Shown: positions 53,767 to 64,000 of the stretch, in pieces
How positions within the stretch are numbered: position 1 is the first letter of the stretch
Layout: each line of letters opens with the position of its first letter
Origin: Camelus ferus
Taxonomy: Eukaryota
NCBI RefSeq assembly: GCF_009834535.1
Contig: NC_045696.1
Coordinates: 11,596,001 to 11,660,000 of the forward strand
Direction of reading: 5' to 3'
DNA: 64,000 nucleotides
Translations under genes and position numbers: made by a program
Notes under the pieces: model-generated
Told to the model about the DNA's origin: nothing
The model's database searches: none
Seen by the model: only the letters and a program-made list of their open reading frames with translations

Positions 53767-54037
53767 GGGCCAGGTGTTGGACTCTGGAGAAGTAGTTCCA
53801 TGAGGAAGGAATGTATCTATTTTTGCTCACCAAGAAATCCTAATACCTAGCACAGTGCCCTGCACAGTAGACATTTGTATGTATTTTGTGAATGAATGAA
53901 TGAATGAATGAATGGGCAAATGTTAGACTGGGGTGGTTCAGTCCTAAAAGGTGACATTTCACTTCAGTCAAGACTTGATTTTAAAACTTCAATTTTGGAA
54001 AATGGCTAGGAGAAAGTGTTTTCCTTTAGTAGTTACT

Positions 54038-54916
54038 TGTGATAGTTAATTTTATGTGTCTTACCAGGGCCACCGAATGAAATGCTGAGATTAGCTGGTT
54101 TTTAGGTATGTGTGTGAAGGTGTTTTGGATGAGATTAGCATCTGAATTGACAGGATCAGCAAAATCGACTGCCCTCTCCAGTGCAGGTGGGCATCATCCA
54201 GTCCACTGAGGGCCTGAACAGAACAGAGGTGGAAAAAGGAGGAATTAGCTCTTTTTATTTCCTGCCTCACAGCAAGCGCTGGGACAGCTCATCTTATCTT
54301 CTCCTGCCCTTGGATGGAGATTTACATCATCCATTTCCCTGGTTTTCAGACCTTGGCCTGGGACTGACCACCAGTTTTCTTGATTCTCTAGCCTGCAGAT
54401 GGCAGATGGTATGCATATATAAATCCATATATATATAAATCTCTATATAGTCATCCTTTGGTATCTGATGGGGATTAGTTGCAGGACCTGCCACACAGAT
54501 ACCAATATCTGGGGAGGCTCAAGTCCCATAGTCCATCCTCTGTATCTGCTGGTTCTGCATCCAAGGATTCAACCAACTGTGGATCATGTATTAACTTTGC
54601 TATCCACGGTTGGTTGAATCTGTGGATGCAGAACTCAAAGATATGGAGGGCCAACTGCATATTTATCAAAAAAAAATCTGCATATCTGTCTCAAACCTGT
54701 GTTTTTCAAGGATCAACTGTATATAAGATATACATATGGAGGAAATACTATATATACTATATATAATGGTATATGTATGAGAACACATATTTATATAGAG
54801 AAAGAGTATATATGTGTGTGTGTATGTGTGTGTGTGTATATATATATGTATAATATATATACACATATATATATATATATTCAAAAGGTTCTATTTCTCT
54901 AGAGAACACTAATACA
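54038..54916 (+). mobile_element. MLT2 (ERVL) LTR interrupted by a Tigger-type element and a (TA/TG)n tract
   Basis: 'tgtgatagttaattttatgtgtc...ggtgggcatcatccagtccactgagggcctgaa' and end 'ggttctatttctctagagaacactaataca'. Confidence 0.82.
54448..54719. mobile_element. TcMar-Tigger non-autonomous element (MER2/MER8-like)
   Basis: TA flanks; internal inverted segments 'ggattcaaccaac' / 'gttggttgaatc'; terminus 'caaggatcaactg'. Confidence 0.72.
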
Positions 54917-57100
54917 TTACTTATATGCTCACATGCTCACATGCTCACTGTCATAGCTAAGATTATCTATCCAAAGCATTTCAGGTTTGCTGTACACTTA
55001 ATCTGCATGATTTCTTTTTTTAAGGAGCTTCCTCTTTCCAATTACAAAAGTAATACATGCCTTCTGTAGGGAGTCTAGAAAGTGCTGAAAAATAAAGAAG
55101 AAAGTGAAAATTCCCTAAAGTCCCATCACCTCAACTGCCACTGAGCTCTTCCTTCTTCTGCTTCCTGTTTTCCTCATTGTCTGCTGTGCTATTTCAGCAT
55201 CAACAACATAAAGGGCATGGAGATAGAGACTGACACAAAAAGAATCAGGTGGGTTGCTTGGGGACAGAAGGGGACAACCATGTGGAAGTTTCCAGCAGGG
55301 AGTTGGAAATGCAGTTGTAAACCAGGAGAGATTTCAGATCTGTAAGTGGGGAGGGAGAGGGATCCCAGAGGTGTCAGCTGAAATTTCAGGAAGGTGAGGA
55401 AGCTGGCCAGAGAAGGAAAGCAGACCAAGAAGAAAGGAGGAGTCTTGTACACTGTAATTAGTTTATACTTGCTCCAGAAAGTATAAGGGATAAAGCATTA
55501 GAAAGAACTCGCTTTCTCTAGAATTCTTATCTATGAATATTTTCCTGGGCTCTTCAGGAAATGCTCTCTTTCTGTATTCTCCACACCTGTGGACCACAGC
55601 CAGCATTCCTCTCAAGAGAATGAGTTGACATGCAAAGGGCACAGAATTAACCAGAATAATACTTTTTGAATGCCATTTTTTCTTTCCTCTGAAGATTGAT
55701 TTCATCCACTCTCTTTAAAAACACAAGTCTGTTTGGAATGGCTCAGAACTGTCTATTTCCACACCCACATTACGAACACATGAATCTGTTTAAATCTTTG
55801 TTCTTTGAGAGAAGGCTAGTTTGCAAGTGAATAAAATGTCTTGCTGATTTTTCTCAGTTGCATGTATTTATGATCCTCCAGCCATCCTTTTAATAGGCTG
55901 CATTCCTACTGCTTCAAGGTCTGCTCATGAAGGACAGTCCTCGTGAGTTTTTGTTATCTGACCAAAATGTCCTATTGGAGGATTTGACTTGTCTGCCGGG
56001 CAAGATAGAGATGGAAATCTGGTAGCAGCTATGCAGATGGCTGCCAAATGTCCCAAAGCAGACAGAGGTGCTGCCATCTTCTGAACAGAAACATGGTAGA
56101 AAATGCAGCCAAGGCACCCAAAGCCTAGCTGATAACACATATGCCCCAACCAACTACCAACATATAAACCAAACAACCCTATCCAGGAAAAGAACTAAAT
56201 TAATCTAATTTAGATAATCTAAATTATCTATCTCAAACACAAGGATATTAGACATCACATCTTGTTCCTCGTACATTCAAATCTTAACAGGATGGTGCAC
56301 AGAAAATGTTCTCCTCCAAGCCATCATCCCCTCAGTTCAACAGCCATTACAGAGCTCAACAGCCATAAAGCATTGAGGTCCCAAATGCAAAACGATTAAA
56401 CCTGAACTCTCCACCTGTCCCCCAAGCCCTTCTTTCCTATCTCTACTCAAGACTTCAAATTTCCTAAGTCAAAATCCATTTCCCTGACTCACAGGAGGAA
56501 AGAAGACTGCAAATATGAACTGGGGGACAAGGAATTCCATCAGGCTTTGTGGGCCCATTTTTAAGTTCTGCCACTGTTCATAGAAAGGGAGAGGAAAGGC
56601 ACAGCAGACTTTTTTTCCCCCCTTCTAATAGCAATACAAGGTCATATCTGCTATTAGCAGGATCATGGAAGCATATGCTGGGAGATGTTGAGTCTGGATG
56701 GGAGGAGAGTTAGAAAGCTTTTCAGCATAATGCTTAACACAAAGTAGGTGCCTGATAAGTGATTAATGATTGAAAGGAGGTAATATCTGAACATCAACCA
56801 GATGTTCAATGGGCCTGCCTACATGGAGGAACAGGGAGGGATTTTACATGAGAGCAAAGGCCAAGCTGTGACAATTCTCCGACATGCCCAGGGAATGACA
56901 AAACTTAGGTTTTGCCCTGGCAGTAGGCTGGAAACATGGTGTGGGGATCTTGGACAGTATTTGGTAGACAACAGATACCCAGAAAAGCCAAGGGGTACAT
57001 CTACAAAGAATTGTACTTTCCAATGCAGTGCTGGTGGTCCTATGGATGGCTACTACTCTTACAGAAGCAAAATGGGTTTAAAAAACATAATGGTAGTTGA

Positions 57101-57225
57101 TGTAGAGGGTATAACTCAAGCGATAGAATGTATGCTTAGCATGCATGAGGTCCTGGGTTCAATTCCCAGTACCTCCTCCAAAAAAATAAAACACCTAATT
57201 ACCCACCCCTCTCCCCAAAAAACCC
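57101..57225 (+). mobile_element. tRNA-derived SINE (vic-1-like)
   Basis: Perfect 18-bp TSD aaacataatggtagttga at 57083-57100 and 57226-57243. Confidence 0.92.
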
Positions 57226-57419
57226 AAACATAATGGTAGTTGAGCTGAGATTAAAAGGTAGAGATATGAAATAGATGAGGGATGGGCCCAAAAGAATATT
57301 TGGGATCTATTTTGTTTTGTTCCTTCAACAAATAATTACGAGTGTACTTCACATATCGTGAAAGAAACAAGCACACTCTTCCTTCATTATACAGCTTCTG
57401 CCTGGAGCACTCACAAACT

Positions 57420-58775
57420 TGCCTTCACAATCAAGTCTGTGAAGAATCTTCTGCTGCCTTCCCTACTCGAATGCACATCAGTTTGGCTTCTGCCCTCTCC
57501 ACTCCTGCCAAAGTCCCTGCTGAAGGCCTGGTTGCTACCAGGTACTTTCCAATCTTTACCTTGCTAAGTTCTGGCTTCAGCATCTGGATGAGGCTGACCA
57601 CTTCTCCCATGCTCTTTCTTGACTTCTTCTCACTCCAGCTTCTTTACTCCTCACACACCTGCGTTCCCAGGCTTGTTTCCCCTGTCTGTTTCAGCTCCTC
57701 CCACCATGCTGTGCATTAATGACTCGCAGATCTCCACCTCCTCTCAGCCATCTCCCCTGACTCCACATGTGTTTACCCAACTGCCTCCTAGACATCTTCA
57801 CTTATTTGCCCCAGGGGAAGCTCAGACTCCACAGGCCCCAGAAGGAAGTCCTCTGGCCTTGGGCATGTCAGTTAACCGAATTGGGCCCCACTCCCTGAAC
57901 TATAAAACAGGGCCATTACCAATAGCCGCCTCATACAGAAGCCCATTATGAAGATTAACTGAAATAACACAGAATAGCATGTCAGTTAGACTCCGGCACA
58001 TGGTAAACAATCTACAAGTGTGAACCATTATTCTGCCTTCATTTAAACCTATTCCTTCCTACCACATACTTCCGAACTTAGAAACCCACCACCCATGCCC
58101 TTCATCCAAGCTAGAACCTCCTAGAGCATCCTCCTTGACACCTCCCTCTTCCTTAACCTCAGTTGTGTCCCAGCCCATCCATTCCACTTAAGTATCTGAC
58201 CTTGTCTCTCCTCTATTCCATTGCCTTAATCCCTCAGCATCCCCAAGGACTAAGGCTATTCTTTTCCTGACTCCACTCATGCTACTCTACTCCTTTCTGG
58301 GTAAAGAGCACATTCCATGACAGCATCCTCCTCTTATAATCTTTCAATTGCTCCCCACGGCCTTGGGGACAAAATCCAAACTTCTAGTAAGGGCACAAAC
58401 TCTTCAGAGCCTGGTCTCAGTCCACACCACTCCCTGAGCTCCAGCTGGTCCTCCTTGGGTAATGCCACAGTACTCATCAAGCTCAAGTCCGAGTGTCTTC
58501 TCCAACCACTCTTGCTTCTTCCAGATGTAGCTCGGGTTCCAGTTCCTCTGAGAAGCCTTCTTGGACTTCCAGTCAGATGATTATCTTTCTTCTTTTTTCC
58601 CCAGGGTCTCTGCCCTAACATTTGCCACGCTTTAGTTATTATGCGCTCATCTGCCTGTCCTTCCCCACTAAACCGAGCTGTCTGCAGGAAGAAAAATTGA
58701 AAAATTATCTTCTAATTTCCATATTGCCAGAACTCAGCACAGTGGCCGGCAGACAGTAGGTACTCAGGGGAAGTG
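57420..58775 (-). mobile_element. Fragmented L2 (with an embedded MIR)
   Basis: Pyrimidine-rich L2-like segments 'cccaactgcctcctagacatc', 'ccttggggacaaaatccaaac', 'cagcacagtggccggcagacagtaggtactca'. Strand is nominal. Confidence 0.6.
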
Positions 58776-59039
58776 AATCAGGGCAAAGTGTTACCACTGA
58801 AAAGGAAACAACGTGGTCTGGGGAATCGAAATCAGGGTTTAGCGAATCCACTCCTCCTGCAGCACAGGGCTGCACAGGCGTTCTTTAGGCCTGCGTGGAT
58901 ATCCAGTGTCTGCACGTCCTTCTTGTGGCTTCAGCTCACGCAGAATTAACTCGCACAATTGGGGCAGACACAGGGCTGCATCGGCACACGCAGCACAAGG
59001 GCTTGCAAATGCACGCCCAGCGGGCTGAGGTCAAATTCT

Positions 59040-60450
59040 AAACCCTTTGTTCCAGGCAGCGGAGAGCAAGTGGCTCCGAGCCCGCCAGCCCCGGCCTGCC
59101 TGGGCGGAATGGCACACAAAAAGCCATTGGGAAACACAGCGTCGGGCAGGGACGCGCGTAGCGCGGGCGCTCTCAGTGCCAGCCTCCCAACCCTGGGATC
59201 CCGCGCTCTCCGGCGCCCCTCGCGGGAACCTAGACTCGGAGCCAAGTAGTCTCCCCGGCCCGCTGCCCCAGCAGGCGGGAAAGCGCTCTGCGTCCCGGCG
59301 TCACGTGCCAGTGGTTGGGCGGGTGGCGCGCGCGCGCGCGACCGGGGCGGGGCGGAGGCGGGGCCACCACGGCCGGGGCGGGGGCGGGGCCGGGCGGGGC
59401 GGGAGCCGGGCACAGGAAGCGCTTGGAGGCCCGAGCCATCCCAGGGTGCCTCGCGCGGCGTGGACTCGGGCCGCTGCCGCCATCCCGCTGGCTAGAGGGA
59501 GAGAGAGGCCCGCCCGCTTGCCGGTCGGGCCAGTGTGGGCCAGTGCGTGAGGGCGCGGGGGGCCGTGTCAGCGAGACGCAGAGCGCAGCCGCCACCACTA
59601 AACGGACATGTTGGAGCCCAGCGCCGCCGCTGCCTCTTTTTCCTCATCCTCCGGACGGGACTGAGAGGGGGCCCGCCACCCCTCCGCCTCTGCCTCTGCC
59701 TCGTCCGCCCGCTCTGCTGCCTCGGCCGCAGCCTCTTCCTGCCCGGCCTTCAGCTCCGCAGCTTATCGCCGCCTCCGGCCCCCCCAGGCCCGGCCGGTTC
59801 CCCGGCCCCGCTTCGCCGCGGCGCGAGGTCTATGTGACCGGCGGGCCCGGAGCAGCCGCCGCCGCAGCGCGAACATGGACGCCGTCAACGCCTTCAACCA
59901 AGAGGTGAGGGGTGCTTAGGACAGGGGGCGCCGGGCCTGCCGCGGGAGTCTGGGCGTCGTTTCTCCCGCCACCGGAGGTTTAAAGCTTAGGTCGGGGTGG
60001 GGACGCTTCCTGCCCCGGTTCCGGGGCGACGGGGCCTGCGCGGAGCGGCCTGTGGCCCCGGGGAGGTAGCGGCCGCCGCGGGAGCGGACCCCACACCCCA
60101 CACCCCTCCCCCACCGCCCACCCCTGGGCGGCGACCTCGGTCTGCCCCTCTCGCCCCCTTCCGGTCTCCTCCAGCCCGCGTAGGCGCCGGTGCTTCTAAG
60201 TTCGCCCCCTTCCAGGTCCGGGCGCTCTCGCTCTCTGCTTCCAGCTCCGTTACTGGCTTCCCAGTGCCGGGAGCCCTCAGGAGGCTAAGAAAGAAGCGCG
60301 GGCGGGCGTGGGGGGTGGGGGACGGGAGAGCGGGAGCATCTGCCGGTCGCCGGTCTGCGGGAGCAGCGGCCTCGGCTCTCCTGTTGCTCGGGCCGCGCCG
60401 CGCAACGGTGGCCGGACTCTGATTCCAGGTCGGAGAGGAGTTGGAGAGGG
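59040..60450. promoter_or_regulatory. CpG island / TATA-less promoter of SCAF4
   Basis: Abrupt rise in GC and CpG content; clustered GC boxes (GGGGCGGGG) at 59344-59400; E-box GTCACGTG at 59300-59307; ETS-like CAGGAAG near 59413; spans exon 1. Confidence 0.92.
59875..59904 (+). CDS. SCAF4: SR-related CTD-associated factor 4, first coding exon (partial CDS; remaining exons lie beyond the window)
   Basis: ATG GAC GCC GTC AAC GCC TTC AAC CAA GAG = MDAVNAFNQE, which I recall as the SCAF4 N-terminus (paralog SCAF8 begins MEAVKTFNSE). Strong Kozak context (aacATGg), phase-0 donor GAG|gtgagg at 59905, inside a CpG island. Confidence 0.93.
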
Positions 60451-63400
60451 TGTTCATCCCCTTCCCCCGGAATTCCTACATTTGGGAAGTAGGATTAATA
60501 AACGGAGTGGAGGTGGCTCCTTATCATACCCAGTCGTGAACACAAGCCCGTTACGGGCTCTGTGGCCCCAACGTGACACCTAAAAAGTTAAATGGGAGTG
60601 AAGTGTTTGCTCTGCCTTAGTCCGCTAGAGATCCGGCTTTGGCCTCCAGTCCCCCACCCTCGCACCCTTCCCGCGGTAGTTAATCCTCAGCTCCCTTCTT
60701 TAGAAACATTTACATGTGAAAACGTCCCAAAACCGGGAACAAAGCTGCCTGCCTCCCTAAAGCTCTATGGTTTTATCTCAAATCATTCCAGGTGCTGTTT
60801 TTGAGGCTAGAGCCCACACATTCTGTTTTTTAGAATCGATTTGGGGAGAGGGGTCTTGACCATTGATGAGTAAAATGTAGTTAATGAGTGGAAACAATTG
60901 TCATGGGTTGAGTTGGATTATATTGTTTTTCCAAATACTAAAGATAAATCCAGCATTGACAAACTCAGATGTAGTAGTGCTAGATGTCCCGGGACAGTGT
61001 TAGAAACTTGCTGCATCTCACAGTCAGACTTAGTAGTTTTACTTGTGTCAGAATTAGAGTGCTATAACTTCCAATTTACAGTGCCATAGTATCGTACTCT
61101 CCAGTAGCACTGCAGTTAGGACCGTTTATTGCCTTATTAATTATCCTAGAAATGATTTGTCTTCAACTAATACATAAAATGTATTAACTGCAGAAGTTGG
61201 ACAGTGTCTTGCAAAGTTCAGTAGTGATTATTTTCGGAATGGTGAAATAATATTTCCTGATTTTTGATGGCTAGAGAATTTGTAATAGTGCCCCAAAGAT
61301 TTCAGGGCTGGAAGTTGACTTGTTTCCTGAAGGCAGAATACACTGAAATGTTGACTCCATGAAGGCAGGGAGTTTCTGTTCTTTGCTTCCTCCCGACAGC
61401 ATAGCAGATGCTTCCCAAATACTTGTTGAATGAATGAGAATTTATACAAATGGTACAATTTGTAAAAGATAAGTATATTTCTTTCTCCAGATAAAGACTT
61501 TTAAAATATTTTTAATGGCAACTTAATAAACGAAGAGAAGGATTTTTAGTGTATTCTTAAGATCAGAAGTATTTAGTTCTGATTTAGGCATTATGAAAGT
61601 TGACATTAAGCACATTATTAAGCAAAATGTCTTATGTTAATTCCAGAAAAATATGATCAGTAGTTTTTACGTTGAAAAGCCAAAATTAGGAATGATATTG
61701 ACTCCTGGAAAAAGGAAAATGGTAATGTACAAACTGAGAATTTTCTTATCATTGATTATTTTCCTCGAATAATTTTCATTTCCATTTCTAGTCTTTATCA
61801 AGTGCAAATTGCGTTATGTTAGGTTTATGTTACCAATTTCAACTCTCTTCTGCCAGACTTTCTTCTGAAAAAACTTTCTGGAGAATTTAGTCTGACTTCA
61901 AAATCCCTCTCCTTGTGCCTGCCTGATTGTAGTGATTTGATTCTCAGTTAATTGTCCCCATTCAGGAAATGTTATTGATTAGTTCGTTTCCTGTAAGCTC
62001 AAATCTCCCAAATCTTATCTTCATTTTACAAACTGTTGAGTGCCTGCTCAGCTGCAAACCCCTGTTCTGAATACAATGGCATTACTACTGAGGATCTCTG
62101 TCTCCTAGGAACCTAAACTAATAGAGGACACAAAACTTTGACAGGTAACTAATATGTGATGGAACAGCTTCCTTTGGGGCCCTTATAAACTGCTGTAAGA
62201 TGGCCTTTGGGAGGGGTCAGACTTGAGAGAAGAAGTGTCAGTTTCAGGATTTCCAAAGATGTAGGAGAAGTGATTCAAGGGCAACAGTGGTGAGAAATAA
62301 GGAACATTAGTTTGACTCCAGAGGCTGCTGGGAAGTAAGGATGGTTAAAGTAGTTTGGGGACCTGACAAGTTTCATGTCTGTCTAATGTGTTTGAAATCT
62401 TTTTTTTTTTAAGGCTATGGATAAAGTTTTAAGTAGTGGAGTGATATAATCAAAATGCTGCTTGATTTGTAGTATGTTTTATAGAAGGCAGAGATTTGGG
62501 GAAATTTGACAGATTGGGGACTGAGATAGGAGAAAAGTAGAATCTGAACTTGGCATGTCCATAGAGGGAATAGAGAGGAGGGGAAGGATGTAGACCGGAA
62601 GGATATATAGTCCTGACATCTGCTAGGTTTTTTGCCCTTTTGCCCCTACATTCTAAGTGCTGGGAGAGTGATGATGCCATTAACATGTCAAGCAGTTGTC
62701 AAAAGTATATTTAGTAAAGGGGAAAATGTTTGGTTTTTGAACAGGTTGATTGGAGTGAAACAGTAATGCAGAAGTTTTTGGCAAGCAGCTGGTCATGTAG
62801 GACTCAAACTTGGACACAAGCAAGAGATGGAGGAGACATGGGGAGTCACTCTCAGATGTGTGGTGGAGAAAATTGAGAGGGGGAGAGAAAAGGAATTAAT
62901 ATTTAATAAGCATCGATAGCATGACAGGCACTTTATGTATACATATCTAATATAATACTCCCACAGCCTTGCAGAGACATCCATTTATAGATGAGGAAAC
63001 TGATTTTCAAAGAAGTTAGATAAAAATTCGCCCAAGGGCATACTACTAGCAGAACTGAGATTTTAATGCAGATGATTCCATCTTAATTACTGCCTGAAGA
63101 TAATATTCTTTATAATACCAGAGGAGTGGTCATGGGTTAAGACTTAAGAAAAAGGCCACTAACTTTTTTGAGGGTAATGGGATCTGTAGTTTAAGATTGA
63201 ATAGTGCTGGGAGAGATAAGAAAATAAGTAGCAAATGTAGATGTTTTTTGTTGTGTGGTTTGGGATTTTTTGGTTTGTTTGTTTGCTTTTTTTAAGAAGT
63301 TTGCTTGTGAGAAATTGAAAGGAAAAGTTGCTTCAAGGATGAATGGAAGGAAGACCAATTAATGGTGTACTAAGCACTGGTGGTAGGCCTTTCGTATGTT

Positions 63401-64000
63401 TATATAGTGTATATATAAGGTCTTAACCTAAATAGTGTTCAAGCTCTAGTCTCTATTAGGTGTAGAAGTTTGAGCATGTTGAAGGAGTTGTGCAGAAAAA
63501 CATAGTTTAAAGCAGTAACAGGCAAAATTGTGGATGAGAGGAAAGGAACAGATCAGAAGCATAGTTGTAAAAGGTCAGTATATTCCTGATACAGAAAGGA
63601 AGGAAGATTAAAATAGGTGAGGTTATTAAAGACATTTTGATAGGACTTTTATGGCAAGACACTGTGTTCAGTGTTGTAAAAGATGAAAAGATGAGTGAAA
63701 AAAATCAGTGCTTACTTAATTGTGTTCCATGTTTATACACAACCTAATGTGAAGAGTTTAGTATTTCATGTGTTGAATGGATAAAGGTTATAGATTGGGG
63801 TTTTTTTTAATCCAGTGATTGCAGTGTTAGCCTCTAAATCAGTCCTCTAAATCCAAAAGAATCTCTCTCCCACCTTTTTTTGCAACATCTATGATTTTAA
63901 GACGTTTAATTAAAGTACAAGAAAAGTGCAAAGAAAATATAACAAGAATTGACAGTTGTTATTATTTTGTTTTTATTTTAAAAAATAAAATATTATAAAG
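59905..64000 (+). other. SCAF4: SCAF4 intron 1 (partial)
   Basis: Begins GTGAGG after the exon; no exon 2-like coding sequence recognised before the window end; AT-rich with L2/MIR remnants. Confidence 0.85.
62030..63070. mobile_element. L2 and MIR remnants in SCAF4 intron 1
   Basis: 'aagttttaagtagtggagtgatataatca' (L2-like) and 'ccatttatagatgaggaaactga' (MIR core). Confidence 0.6.

Noticed and set aside
56206..56660. Short hairpins (taatttagat-a-atctaaatta at 56206-56226; ctaatagca...tgctattag near 56625-56657)
   Set aside because: Short and AT-rich, expected by chance; too short to call a miRNA or structured RNA.
58946..60583. Several long Pro/Ala/Arg/Gly-rich ORFs, including 59315..59908
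   Set aside because: By-product of stop-codon scarcity in a CpG island; the real coding frame starts at 59875 and is spliced.
1..64000. CRISPR array, operon or other prokaryotic system
   Set aside because: The sequence is mammalian; no regularly spaced repeat-spacer array or dense ORF organisation is present.

Overview
Mammalian genomic DNA, almost certainly camelid: ten copies of a tRNA-derived SINE match the camelid vic-1 type. About 59 kb is repeat-rich intergenic sequence (SINEs, L1, L2, MIR, MaLR/ERVL/ERV1 LTRs, two decayed ERVL pol remnants, MER DNA transposons, microsatellites). It is followed by a CpG-island promoter and the first coding exon of SCAF4 (MDAVNAFNQE, 59875-59904, + strand) and the start of intron 1. 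No other host protein-coding gene is supported, and I see no clear new multi-gene system. The most notable structures are a convergent inverted pair of ~640-bp solo LTRs 165 bp apart (1395-2835), two candidate uORFs upstream of the SCAF4 start, a 134-bp direct duplication 2.8 kb apart, and a poly(A)-only insertion scar with a 20-bp duplication. Repeat family names come from recall of consensus sequences, not a database search, and many repeat boundaries are approximate.
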